This document shows positions 31,341 through 43,400 of a DNA stretch of 64,000 nucleotides, one piece after another. Below the pieces are notes generated by a model that did not search any database, was not told the origin of the DNA, and saw only the letters and a list, made by a program, of their open reading frames with translations. Numbering within the stretch: the stretch's first letter is position 1; the number at the start of each line of letters is the position of its first letter. Position numbers and translations under genes: made by a program. Origin of the DNA: Trypanosoma brucei (lineage: Eukaryota); the NCBI GenBank assembly GCA_000002445.1, contig CP000070.1, positions 1,248,001 through 1,312,000 on the forward strand, in the 5' to 3' direction.

Positions 31341-32153
31341 TCACATATTCATGGTGTTGGGTCCCATTGTGCACTGGCTCTGCAAATTTTTAGTGAAAGT
31401 GTACTTGCAGGCGAACTTGCCGTCGTATTTTACAGTCTCCCATCCCTTTCCGTAGTCTGATGATGATGCCTGGTATAGGGGATGCTGCTTGGTTCCGTGT
31501 ATGCTTTTGAGTCTGATATCAGTAGAGGCAGCTGAAGCCATTCGCTCTTCCAGGCTTACCTTCGGTCGATCCAGCGAAAAGCTGCGAATGCAGTGGAGCT
31601 CAAAGTCCTCATCACGTACCGTTTTGTGAGAGATACCAACAAGATATGCCGTTAGTTCCTCCACCGTGATACCACCGTCCGAATGGGCCTCCCAAAAGTC
31701 ATTAAGAAACATTCGTTCAAGCGCTTGGGCCTCCCACCCCAAAAGAAGTTTAGGGTGCCTTGCAGTGTCGTACACCTTCATTAATTCATCAAAGGTAATG
31801 AATCCAGAGCCATCCGTGGGGACACGCTTCAACGACAGCGACACGACGTACTGCCGCCGTGGCGACAGCGAAGGGAGAAACGAGCGTTTAAAAGTTTCGA
31901 CGTCAAAAGGAGCACTCTCATCAGTCACAGTTGTGACACCCCTCAATATCCCAACCCCACCGCAACGGCGGCCAAACTGAGAAGCGAGCATCGCAAAATC
32001 AATATCGTTTATAAAAACATTGATGCTGCGAAATGCATTCCGCACACCACCAACCGTGCGCTCGGACTCTGGTAGTTTGTCTACAACGTGTACGAGGACC
32101 CAAAGCTTCTTCTTTCCGAGTCGCTCCACTGCTTTTGCAATAAGAACGTCCAT
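31341..32153 (-). CDS. hypothetical protein with non-canonical EF-hand-like pair
   Basis: The ORF-track start at 32159 is GTG. The ATG is at 32151-32153 (270 aa, starting MDVLIAKAVERLGKKK). PTDGSGFITFDELMKVY and HSDGGITVEELTAYL resemble EF-hand loops but deviate from consensus. Confidence 0.5.
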   Translation of the reverse strand: MDVLIAKAVERLGKKKLWVLVHVVDKLPESERTVGGVRNAFRSINVFINDIDFAMLASQFGRRCGGVGILRGVTTVTDESAPFDVETFKRSFLPSLSPRRQYVVSLSLKRVPTDGSGFITFDELMKVYDTARHPKLLLGWEAQALERMFLNDFWEAHSDGGITVEELTAYLVGISHKTVRDEDFELHCIRSFSLDRPKVSLEERMASAASTDIRLKSIHGTKQHPLYQASSSDYGKGWETVKYDGKFACKYTFTKNLQSQCTMGPNTMNM

Positions 32154-32833
32154 GACCACTAATCCTATGCCTCTCTATAAATGTACAAATAAATAAACAA
32201 ATATATATATATATATATAACCCTATTCACTTTCTGTTCGCGCACCTCTAAAACTCTTTCTTGCTTTACCCCTTCCCTCCTTTTAGCGTTTCTTCGTCGT
32301 TTCAATATGCTCTTCCACAAGTGCACGTGTAGCTTCGACAAGGAGGAAGAGTAAACCACTTCTCGTAAGATGTTGCGCTCAAACGTGGGGACCACCGAAT
32401 GACAGAGAAGTGGGGGAGGGGGAAGGGAGGGAAAGATCAAAAGGTCGAAATATTGAGATACCGAAGTGATTACAACAATGAAACGTGAAGGAAACAGATG
32501 TTTACAAAGCTGAACGAAAGGGCAAGTTGGAGGAACGGAAGGAGTAAGATGTGTCAAAACAAGAGTTTCCCCAGTGCGGCATTGGTAGCCAGAACCAGCT
32601 TCGAATGACGCCCGCATGCTCTTATTTATTTTATTTCCTATTTCACCATGTGGAAATATTACCCCTTTGAATCTCCCATGTTACGCCGCTAATATCCTCA
32701 ACTCCGTCTGGTCCGGACCACATCCCTTTCATTTCTCTCTCTTTCTCTCCACAAGCGTCGCCCCAGTTAACATGGAGTTAAATGTGCAGTTGGGATGGTA
32801 ATTCGAGCGGGAGACCTCACCACCACCACCCTC

Positions 32834-33517
32834 TCAAATTTTCGCACCAGTTTTAGATCCAAGGAAGCACCGTATACACAGCAAGGCGACCATATTTAGC
32901 GCGGATCCGATGAGGTTGTTTCCGTAAAAATAAGCGACGCCGTTTCCCATCACACGCACAACTGCAACCCAAATCCACATACCTGAGCTAACATTATGGG
33001 TACTGTTGACCTTGTTTGAATTATGTTCATTACCTTGCACACGCCCCTCAATTAAACGCGCCGCAATCAAAAGTGACACGATGTTCACGAAGGCCTCCAC
33101 CGCAGAGCGGAGGTTCTCCTCATCGAAACCTGGCTGTCCCATCACATGATACCAGTTGAACCAACGATACAGGGCGACATCAACAGCGGTCCACGCGACG
33201 GCAACAGCGGCACTGGCATCATCGCCTCCACCCATCACTTGCAACGACTTACGAGCTTTTGGATCGTTGAGTGCGAAGTCTATCAGCGCTGCATCCATCA
33301 CCGGGACGGCCAGGACCTTAAACATTTGTTGAAGGCAATTCAAAAATAATCCCGAACCCGTCAACGACGTGATGATTGTCGACTGTGCAATAAGGGAGAG
33401 GGCGATAACTGCGACAAGTGGTAGAAGCCGCTGAGGACGCATATTGTACCCCCTGGAGAGCAGAATGATGGGTAACACCATCAGAATGTATATGGAAATG
33501 TTGCAGAGGAGACTCAT
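32834..33517 (-). CDS. multi-pass (about 7-TM) membrane protein, possibly TMEM147-like
   Basis: The ORF-track start at 33559 is GTG. The ATG is at 33515-33517 (227 aa, starting MSLLCNISIYILMVLPIILLS). Several hydrophobic helices are present. The size and the MDAALIDFALND / AVAWTAVDVALYRWFNWY segments loosely recall TMEM147 (VDVADLIGLNLV / AALGWATAELIMSRCIPLW). The family call is tentative. Confidence 0.55.
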   Translation of the reverse strand: MSLLCNISIYILMVLPIILLSRGYNMRPQRLLPLVAVIALSLIAQSTIITSLTGSGLFLNCLQQMFKVLAVPVMDAALIDFALNDPKARKSLQVMGGGDDASAAVAVAWTAVDVALYRWFNWYHVMGQPGFDEENLRSAVEAFVNIVSLLIAARLIEGRVQGNEHNSNKVNSTHNVSSGMWIWVAVVRVMGNGVAYFYGNNLIGSALNMVALLCIRCFLGSKTGAKI

Positions 33518-33624
33518 TGGATATTTTCTTGTGAGGGAATTGGGCGTAACTTCTCCCACCTGGAGCGCGTGGACCTCCTGAAATAAGTGCGTCCTAGGAA
33601 GAGGGGTGGAAAAAATATATATGT

Positions 33625-33644
33625 ATATATATATATATATATAT
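33625..33644. repeat. (AT)n microsatellite
   Basis: tatatatatatatatatatat, read directly. Confidence 0.9.
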
Positions 33645-34112
33645 GCAAATCAAAGTTGAGACAACGATGACGCGTTCGGTGGAACTTTCACCCAAAAACA
33701 ACTTTATACCAAGGACATAAGCAGGTGAAATAAACGAGGCTTCCCTTCGCTCACCACGAATACCCTTGCACAAAAATGTGTATAACCAGAAAAAGGAAGG
33801 AGATAATAACAACGAAAAAAAAAAAAGACACAGTATCTTAAAAAAAAAAAACAAGACACATGGGTCGGAAAAAGAACGAAGCAGAAAGAGAGGGAGAGGC
33901 ATGGCCGCCCGACAACTCATATGCAGTCACAAGGAGCGACAAGCAACCCCTTTGGTAAACAAATAACCAACACGGGTACGTATGAGACTGCAGGGAGTTG
34001 CCTTGCAGCCGCCGTCGCACATCTTCCCGCTCCTCTTGGAAGAAGAGTAAAGAGAGAGGGAAGGAAAGGAACAGCAAAGCGCACAGAGGCGATGGATGCA
34101 TTACAACAATCC

Positions 34113-36674
34113 CTATGCCGTCACTCCGGTTGAGACAGAGAGATTGGAAGCGAACTGCCGTACAACCTGCCTAACGGCTGCGAGAGGGTACCCCTCCAAA
34201 CTGGCGAGGAAAAGGAAGGCACAACCCTCACAACACACAACTACTGCCACTTGCAGAGTCGTAGATTCCTCTCTGGAGTCTAGCGACGGGGCGCGCAGCA
34301 GCATATGCTCTGCAGAGCGCGATAAAACAGACGAACCCACAGCAGAAGCAGACATGCCAATCACTGGTGTGTGTTGCTCTTGTGGGCACTCTGCGCCCTC
34401 CATATCATGCCCCTCATGACAATATGGTGAACCCAGGAAGGAAAACGGGTTGAAGCGCCCCATATCATTGTCCATGACGAAGGAATCGGAATCACCATCG
34501 TCGTCGTCACTATCGCACAGCTGCTCGTAATGCACCTCCAGTGCGGCGGAGGCGCCTAACATGGTGGTCTCCCAATGGTGCACACATACGCGGCCAGGAA
34601 GCCGCAATAGGTAATCCCGTACTAGTTTCTCGAGCCGAGAGGTTGCCCGGCGTCGCGCCACCTGCGAAGTGTGCGCAACAAATGGAATTGGGAATACCCT
34701 GAGGTGGACAGTAAGGCCATCCATGCCACCAACACAGAATGCAGCAAGCGGTTCACCCATAATAGGTTCTCTTACCACAACTGTTGCAGCGGCAGCTGCG
34801 CAAGCAGGGTTTAATAATATACTAAAGGGTAGTACTTCGTGTCGTTTATTGCAGTATATAAGCGAAGTACTCTGTCCGTAATGATTTCCAAGTGACATGG
34901 TATCAATTGTACGGCGGCAGAAAGTAACGACCTCTTCCAGCGTGTGGCATGCAGTCGGGAAAAGAAAACACATAGAAACACATTCACTCCGAATGCGCAA
35001 GCAAAACACACTCAGATAGGCGCTGATAAACGCTTCACCACTTGGACCAGCCTTATCGGTATGCATATGCATTAAGTCGGTGGGTGAGAGAGCATCGCCG
35101 TCACTCCTACGACCCTGTGGATGACGCAAATGGGCAGCGCAAACATTATTTGGATCAATGAGTACTTCCTGCACACAAAGAGCCCCTTCCAACTGTAGTG
35201 TGGGATTCGGGTCATCCTCCCCCGCGCTGTCACCATTCGTTGGTACCATAATCTGCTGTAGTTGCACTACGAAGTTTCTCTGTTTACCGCTTTTCGCGCA
35301 TTGCAATTCGTCATTACTCCTCACGACACTGACAGAGTAGGCATTAGATCCATCAGTGGAGTGATGTACGGAGAAGCGCCGCACTACCGCGCGAAGATGA
35401 TGTTCAAAAAATGTTTGCCAACTGAAATTACCCGCCGGCAAGGGTTCGTAGCAAGCCACGACAACGATTCGGCGTGGGCCGAGGCTTGAAATAGTGACAA
35501 ATTGCACACTAACACTATCACTATTACCATTTGTCTCCCCATTTCCCAAAAACCCGTACCTACCCCCACCGGTAGCGTGTTCAACCGCGCATAAGTCTGG
35601 TAGCTGATGCGGTACACTAAAGCCCCACAGCACGTCTGGAGTTGATGGAGCAGCATTGCCAGCTGCTCTGGGACCGTTGCTGCTGTTGCGCCCCTCCTTG
35701 TCTATCCGGCGAAGGGCACTGTGCGAAGCACTTCCATTTGGTCCTTCACCTCCGGATGCACGAGGTGTCGCCGATGTTACTGTCGTTTCCTCTGCAATTG
35801 TTAACAGCTCTCGCAGGTGCTCATCCATAACAAAGTCGAGCGGTAGTCTAAATCCCAACCCAAGACGCGGCTCAGCACACAACAAATAAGAAGGTGACGA
35901 GCGTGGCTCAGAGAACTGAATGGACCGCACGAGTTCATTGAAGGCCGTAGGCAGCACGCTCTTCACACGCGTGTCGGCAATGTACTGCGCAGTTACGGCA
36001 AGGCGCTTGCTTGTAAGGAACACAGAGAGTGCAAATCTCAGCTTATTTCCTCTGTCCAGATAACAGTACTCGGCACTAGGCAACTGGGCGCTGCCAATTC
36101 GAATGTTCCCGGTGCCAGAAAGCAACTTAGCGCAGTCACAAACACGCTCAAGGCTAAGCTCACGATAGTTTTCTGCCGTCTCTTCTGTTTCACAGTACTC
36201 AAATGTTATGGCAACGCGATGCTCCGGCTGTCTGAGGTAACGCAACCCAACAAGTAGCAACGGGGCTTGCCGCTCCTCGGTTTCCACAGCAAACAGGATG
36301 GGTGAAAAAAGCATTCGAACGCCCAGTACGTCATCCCGCCATTCCATAGTCGTTGCGTTGTGTCTCTTCACATGCCTCTCTGCAAACGCGTAGTAGTATG
36401 ATCTGTTCGTTGGACCGGTGTTACTTTGGGGAAATGTGGAATGTGGAACCCCACGGTTATTGGCACTCGATGCATCCTGGCCCGCCACGTTTCCTTTTGT
36501 TTGAGGCTGGACACTCACCGATTGAAAACCGCCCCGGTTTGCGGCAATGGTAGACAATGCAGACCGGCGTTTGTTAGAAATATAAGTGACCGCAGAAACA
36601 ACAACAGCAGCGCCGGCGAGAGCAACTGTGAGGCAACCGCTCCCTGCCAACGTGGTTGAAGGGCCAGTACTCAT
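34113..36674 (-). CDS. large hypothetical protein with N-terminal signal-anchor/TM helix
   Basis: The ORF-track start at 36701 is GTG. The ATG is at 36672-36674 (853 aa, starting MSTGPSTTLAGSGCLTVALAGAAVVVSAVTYISNKRR). The long clean frame has balanced composition and no motif I can name. Confidence 0.6.
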   Translation of the reverse strand: MSTGPSTTLAGSGCLTVALAGAAVVVSAVTYISNKRRSALSTIAANRGGFQSVSVQPQTKGNVAGQDASSANNRGVPHSTFPQSNTGPTNRSYYYAFAERHVKRHNATTMEWRDDVLGVRMLFSPILFAVETEERQAPLLLVGLRYLRQPEHRVAITFEYCETEETAENYRELSLERVCDCAKLLSGTGNIRIGSAQLPSAEYCYLDRGNKLRFALSVFLTSKRLAVTAQYIADTRVKSVLPTAFNELVRSIQFSEPRSSPSYLLCAEPRLGLGFRLPLDFVMDEHLRELLTIAEETTVTSATPRASGGEGPNGSASHSALRRIDKEGRNSSNGPRAAGNAAPSTPDVLWGFSVPHQLPDLCAVEHATGGGRYGFLGNGETNGNSDSVSVQFVTISSLGPRRIVVVACYEPLPAGNFSWQTFFEHHLRAVVRRFSVHHSTDGSNAYSVSVVRSNDELQCAKSGKQRNFVVQLQQIMVPTNGDSAGEDDPNPTLQLEGALCVQEVLIDPNNVCAAHLRHPQGRRSDGDALSPTDLMHMHTDKAGPSGEAFISAYLSVFCLRIRSECVSMCFLFPTACHTLEEVVTFCRRTIDTMSLGNHYGQSTSLIYCNKRHEVLPFSILLNPACAAAAATVVVREPIMGEPLAAFCVGGMDGLTVHLRVFPIPFVAHTSQVARRRATSRLEKLVRDYLLRLPGRVCVHHWETTMLGASAALEVHYEQLCDSDDDDGDSDSFVMDNDMGRFNPFSFLGSPYCHEGHDMEGAECPQEQHTPVIGMSASAVGSSVLSRSAEHMLLRAPSLDSREESTTLQVAVVVCCEGCAFLFLASLEGYPLAAVRQVVRQFASNLSVSTGVTA

Positions 36675-36871
36675 CTTCTGAGGAAAAAGTGGGTGCAACA
36701 CTTGAATAATTCCGCGTCACACTCACAACCTCCTACGAGTATCCGAATATTTTTTCTTTAAAAAAAAAACTCTAATCGAAAATGAATCCTTGCCTCTCCC
36801 TTTTCACAACTTTTGCTTGCTGGACTTCTATCTTCCCTTTTGATTCTTTTCTTGACTTCCTTTCTTTTTTT

Positions 36872-36882
36872 CCCCCCCCCCC
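36872..36882. repeat. C11 homopolymer
   Basis: tttccccccccccctcac. Confidence 0.9.
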
Positions 36883-39151
36883 TCACTTCCTCCTCTTCCT
36901 CCTCCTCCCTTTCGCCTCGATGTTTCCTTCACAAGTTTTGTTTGACTCACACCGATAACGTCACTCAACCCTGTCTTGTATATTTCTCCTTCCCCTTCAC
37001 AATCAATCAAACCGTATTTCCAATTTTCTTTCGTCCCGTTTCAGTATGGAGACGCCTTCCTTCTCCTCAGATTATTGATGATATTTATCGCTATGGGTTA
37101 TGTAAAGGAGTGAACGCATAAGTAATTATCTCTGCACCTACCTGTGAAAAGACGATCCCTTTCTTCACAATTTATTTTCTTTTTGCTTTCCTGTGCCTTT
37201 CCTCCCTAATTAACAGTGGTGGTCTCGCGAGAGACTTTAAAGAAAAGACCCCCCCCCAAAAAAAAAAAAAGAAGACAAGAGGAGAATCCACTTGGAACCA
37301 CCACTAACACCACACACACACACACACACCACACGTTGCTGCTGCGGCTAACTCGACCCCGAACACAACCAGCGCGCCCACGAAAACCTTCACTAACACG
37401 CGTTCCTCGTGTTTTCTTCTAATTAAGAAAAACAAAAAGAAAAAAAAGGACCAAAGGGGAAAGGCAAAAAAAATAAATAATAATAATAGATAGATAGATA
37501 TCATAGTCGCAACTGCTGAACACGCATGTGCACATTAAAATTATTTTCAAAAAAAAAACACTCATATGACAAGTAATGTAGGTAACTTACAAAATGGCAC
37601 CAGGAAAACAACTTTCTCTTTTTTTTCTTTCAGCATCATAAGCAAGTTTAACCACCGACATACATGAGGAACAAAACCCTTATTTACAGGCAGAAGTCGA
37701 AACTCATAACAAATCTGTTTATGAAGGTTAAAACTTTCGTTGCTATCGGGTCGCAAACTCCACATAAGAATTCATACATAACTTGAAAACGGTATTTTCA
37801 GACAGGCGTAATAATTCAATTAACCCTTCCATTCCATTTTATGCTTCACTGCGAGCCATGCTCTGACGGTTCGCAATAATAGTAATGATAGTAACATATA
37901 TAATTTCTCCTTTCCAAGGGTGAAAATAAAAATAAAATAAGAAGAATGATTTTAAAATGTAATGCACCTACTAAAATTCACGGCTGGCAACCCGAACCCT
38001 TCACTTTTCCTTTTTTTTAAAAAAAACCGCGCATATCGTGAGACGTAAGCACATATATTATTGTTGCACGGAAACAAATCTATGACCTTTGATGGGAGTA
38101 GGAACAATTAAAAAAAAAAAGAAAGAAAAAAAAAAAGAGAAAAACATGCCAATAATATAAGTTTCAAAAAAAAACAGAACCAGGCGGCGGAAGCAGCAGA
38201 AACGGTACATGGAAAGAACAGACATAAATACATAGTCATAACACAATAATTTGACACGAAAAGAAACAAAAAGAAAAAAAAGACGTTGGAACAATACTTG
38301 CGGCACGCCACAGAACACTGAAAACATACATCAATAGGCGACCAAAACTAAAGCCCAAAAGTCAACAACAAAAAAAAAGGAAAAGGAAAAGAAGTAACAA
38401 ACAAAAAAAAAAGAGACACCCAAAGACATTTAATATTTTTTAAACAAAAAAAAAGGGTGATGGGAACAGAAAACATAACAAAACAAAAAGATGCAAAAAT
38501 AAAGTGATGGAAACGACAATGTGCGCAGACAAAAAACAAAAAAACAGTACTCAAATGACATGCTCTCCATTTTTTTTTCATTTCTTTCCTTTCCTTTCCT
38601 TTCTATCTCCTTTTTCTTTCTTAAAAAAACAAAAATAAAAATAAATTGAAAAAAAAACAAACAAGTTATTTGGAAGGGATGGAACGCGGGAGGGACACGG
38701 GTTCACATGACGTACGTTCGTTTTACCTTTTTTCTTTATTTCTCTTTACTTTTATTTTTATTTTCCTTTCATCACATTTTATTTTATTTTTTTTTTCTTG
38801 CCTGAAAATGACCAGTGCTTTTTTTTCCCCCTTACCGCCTCCTCCGCCCCATTTTCCCCCCCCCCTCGCTTCTCCCTGCATGCCAGCTGCGGCAACATGA
38901 AGTACCGCATGGGAGAGAAATAAAATATTAAAAACAAAACAAAAAAGAAAGGGAATGGGGGTAAGAAAAAGTCGTTTTTCCTGTTCTCAATTGTCACATT
39001 CGTCTCTCCACTTCCGTCATTGGTTTCTTTCGTTTTGCTATCCCCTTCCTTTTTTTCTTTTCTTTATTCCCTCCTCCTTCTTTTTTTTTTTTTGAAACCC
39101 AAACCCATACGTTCATCCTCTTAATATTAAAATTTTTAAAAAAACATGCAT

Positions 39152-39178
39152 GCACACACACACACACACACACACACC
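39152..39178. repeat. (CA)13 microsatellite
   Basis: cacacacacacacacacacacacacac. Confidence 0.95.
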
Positions 39179-39944
39179 TCATATCATCACAATACATGTT
39201 GTTGTGCTCTAATTTTTTCCCGTATCTGCACACACTTTTGTGTACCTGTATGAATGCGTGCTTCCTATCCTAGTATCTTATATAAATAAGTAAATAAATA
39301 AGAAACATATATAATCCTTTGTGCCTTCTAACACTTCACCTACTGCTCGGCTATTTTATCAACATTTCGATCCCTCCTCTCTTCCCTCATCAATTAATAC
39401 CTAAACTCCGTAACTAAACCTAACTATACGCAAACATGCAGTTTAATATATATATATATATATATATATTCGTGCATTTGTCACCTTCTTTGCGTTCTCT
39501 TCATGCTTTTCATTATTCCTTCTCCAGTTCTTTTCTTTTCTTTCTCTTTCTCTTTACGTCCTTTTACGCAATCCACTCTGTCCTTTACTGTTTCCCTCAG
39601 CAAAGGAAAGGCAAAGAAAAGTCAAAGAAAAGTACCATGCATTGATACCCCTCGCCCCACATGCGCTCACGCACAAGAAAAAAAAAAGAAAATGGAAACA
39701 CAAACACAAACCCACAAGCACAGTGGAAGGGAAAGGGAAAGGAATATAGTGTGGAAATAAATAGGAGAGAAAGAGCGGACGGCGTTCACAGTGAAATTGT
39801 GTTTAAACTCCGTTGCAAGTCGAATAATGATAATAAGTAACAAAGAAAAGAACACAGTGGCTTAAAATCCTCTTGTGAATCAAAGAAACAAAAAAAGAAA
39901 AAGTTTTTCCCACCTACAAGCGTATGTATATACATATAATCTCA

Positions 39945-40013
39945 TATATAAATAAATAAATATATATATATATATATATATTTGTATAGTTACTTATATA
40001 TTTATTTATTTTT
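39945..40013. repeat. palindromic compound microsatellite (AAAT)n(AT)n ... (AT)n(ATTT)n
   Basis: tataaataaataaatatatatatatatatatatatttgtatagttacttatatatttatttatttt. The two halves are reverse complements around a 14-nt spacer. Confidence 0.8.
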
Positions 40014-40489
40014 ATGTCGTAACTGCCATCACGCGAGGGGGCTAAACTCGCTCTCTCCTCCCTATTGTGTTTTCATTTCACCACACAATGTGGTCGTTCG
40101 ATTCCCGCGTATCAACCTTCTTTTTTTTTTCTTTCCTCTCGCACCCATACACACACGCTTACGCATACGTGAACTTCACACATTTCAACGCTATCATGGT
40201 GTCTTTCATTTCACTTCCAACCACTTGCCACATACACACGCACCAAAAAAAAGAAAAATTGAAGCAATAGAGACAAGCCCACCTTCACGCGCCCATTTAT
40301 CTCCGAGTTCCTCGGGAAAAACGCAAATCTAATATGTACATATGCACATATGTTTAGATGCAAGGTCCACCGTGGGTAAATGTCCAAATAAAGACTGAAA
40401 AGATGAAAAGGAATGAAGTCACGCTTCATGGACGTATTCTTCGGTTCATTTTCTCCCACCAACACCAACACCACTACCACCAACACTCC

Positions 40490-43400
40490 TCATCGTTTCC
40501 TGTCTCCTGATAAATGCTGAGAAATCATGCGCTTCAGAAGCAAAGCCCCTTCACCAGGGCGAATTTGGAATTCACCGTTCAAAACCTCCGACGGAACAGT
40601 AAAAGAGAAACCAGGCTTCCTGCAACCTTTATCACCTTCGCCATCGCCGCTGTTTGTCCTGTTTGCGTTGCCACTTGTACGCGGTAGTGGAACGGAGAAG
40701 GTCCCGGAGCCGGGGGCTGCCGTGGTGGTTACTGAGCGAGGAGCCACCGGCAGTTTATTGCTAGCGACAGTTGGAGCATATGTTGCACCACAAATATTCA
40801 GCCCTGCATCTGGTGAAGTCGCCTTCGACGATGCCAATTTCCCCATAAGTTCTGCTACTTGAATGCCGCCAGAACCACCACTTACCGTTAGAGATGAAGG
40901 TGACACGACGTTCCGTCCAGCTGCGATACCAGAAGCACTTGTCTCCCCCATGGCGCTACGTGGCTTCGGGATGCTTGGGGTACCTTCCGTGGATGGAATT
41001 CCCACCCCACGCCCATGTTGCTGTTGTTGATCGTGATCGTCCTCCTTTTGCTGCAACTTCTTGCAGATACTCTTTAAATTTTGGACAACGGACCCATTTT
41101 GTCCTTGTGACGACTCAGATTCGTCACCCGAAGGTTTATTCAAAACGAGGAGTGTTGACAATTTCGATATCGAACCACGAGGCTGACGCAGCCTGCCGTC
41201 AAAGTAACTTCCACCAACGAAAGGGTCATCATACACAACTTCCGCGTCGTGGCCAGTTGATAGCAAACGAACAACGGTACCAGTTGCACCGAAAGGTGCT
41301 GCACCACAGGCACGGCAGTTCACAACGCGGGAGCCAAGGTGAACTGTCTGCTCCTGGGGAAGAGGTAATTGGGAAATGTGTCCACCAGCACATCTTGTGA
41401 CAGGAAAGTAGAGACACCGCCGCGCCACCGAGCTCAGCATTCTGTCCTCCAACGGCCGTGGCCCTTGACGGTCCAGCTCTTCTTCCAACATTCGCACGTG
41501 TTCTCGTGGAAAAGCGTCATCTTGGGCAGCAACAAGGGGGACGCTTTGTATGCCACACGATTCGATAAACTCTTCGATCGAACGAAGAACGTCGTCCACG
41601 TCGTTATCAGCCCACTCGCCCGTCATGAACTGCGGGGGATCCAGAGCTTGGGGTGAAGAGGCAATGCTTTCCAGTCGGTCAACAAGTGGTTTGAACCTCT
41701 CCACGTACGTTTTGATTAAGACAACGGCTTTCCGCGAGAACCATGTCATGTACTGCATGGGACGGGAAGATCGGGGACGAGACTCGCCCTTTTGCAGGCT
41801 TTCCAAGTAGTGACCCGCCGGCGCAGCATCTTGGACTGGCCTGCCAAATGCATCGTCACTATTTTCCAGCCCCGCACCCAACCTGCCACCGGGGGCTCCC
41901 CATGCTTTGCCACCACGCACCGTTTGTTTCGCGTAACCGATGCGAACGAGGTTATTCCGCGTGTAAATGAGGCCGAGCCCAATCTCACGGCAACCGTACT
42001 GAGGGGATGTGCGTACAGAACCTACAAGATGCTTTAGAGCCAAGGGACCAACACGGACCTCATTGCTCACATCTGGCATTGATACCCAATTGCGAGACGA
42101 AGCATAGTCAAGCAGCACGTGCGGAATAGAAACTGGCTTTTGAAACACCCGTGCAGCGACAGTAAACGTCCCCTCAGCATCAGGGCTGGATCTAACCACA
42201 ACACCAGAACTACCATATAGCTGCTGATCCTTCCCCTTCATACTTTTTGGCTCAGCTCCAACCAGTATGACTCTGGAACCAAAGCGGTTATCCCATTCCA
42301 CACGATCCCTCTCAACGTAGCGAGAGTCTTCCGTTAATTTCACGTCTTGCAAGCGCGCTACAAGGGGCAATGCATAGCATGTTTGGTCCTTGGAAAAGTT
42401 GCGCACCACACGCCCCTTTCGGGTCATGCGCATTCCAGTAAAAAGGTTAACATACACGAGTACTGTCAGGTTGCTTACAGACATTCCGAGCTTCTCCCGC
42501 ATACACTGTCGATGTGTTTCCAATTCCTTCGCTATATTCATTGAAGCGTCCCGGTTTAGTTCCCGTACGTTGGCACCACACGAAACACCCTCTAGATTTA
42601 TATTGGCGCTGATGTGCACACGTTTGTCGCTAACCGCTACCACACGTGCGCGGCGGTAGTGCGGGAATCCAACAAGAACTTCCTGCCCAACAAGCGTTGC
42701 GACCTCATGGGCGGCAATAGCGTTGAAGCTGTCCTTCAACCCTAGGAGCAAGCTCTCACCGCGTGCGGGCATGCCGAAGATAGTCACAACACCGCTCTCA
42801 CGTTGTGGGGTGATGTAACGCCACTTCGACCGAAGTGTCGTGAACCCTTCAAACTGTTGCTCACCAGTGCACACGCCTGTGCAGAGCCGCGGAATAAACT
42901 TTGTCAAGGGGGGGAAGTCGAAAGCGTCACGGCGAACGGTGGTTCTTCTCAGGGGCCCAAATAACGAGTTTGGCACCTCGTAGGCTTCAATAGTGGGATC
43001 GTAGGCATAGAGGGTTGGTAGACCTAGGCGGTTGTTCTTACGTTCCTCCGGCGTTACTCGATCTTGCACGGTTTCATACGCGGCAAGCAACGTCCGTTCT
43101 TCGATGAAGGGAATCAACACTACACCCTCCCAGGGTGCGCGTGTGCCCTCTCGATCGATTTGAAGCTTTTCTGGAAAATACCTGGCCAGAGGACTGTTTT
43201 TGCTTCGTAGTAACGGCCAATAGGCACGGGGCATAGAGCGGTACGACATAGGCGGCAAAACCGCGAGCAACTGTTGGTGGGGAAGAAAAGGTTTACCGGG
43301 ATCAAATTTAACACAAGCCGCCACAGCGGGAAGATTAACCAGATCGCTGGCCATTGGCGCGTAGTGGTGTGGAAAGTACCACTTCCACGATGGCGGCCCC

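Larger units (their letters stand above)
36702..40489. other. 3.8-kb gene-free low-complexity interval (homopolymer A/T, (CA)n, (TA)n, C11, TTTC/AAAG repeats); presumed long UTR/intergenic spacer
   Basis: No ORF of plausible composition on either strand. Every listed ORF in the interval is a Phe/Leu/Lys/Ser low-complexity translation. Confidence 0.7.

Noticed and set aside
37560-37960. possible C/D snoRNA (ATGATG ... CTGA elements on the minus strand around 37630-37650)
   Set aside because: The C- and D-box-like hexamers are adjacent rather than 60-90 nt apart, and no terminal stem or guide complementarity is evident. The evidence is insufficient.
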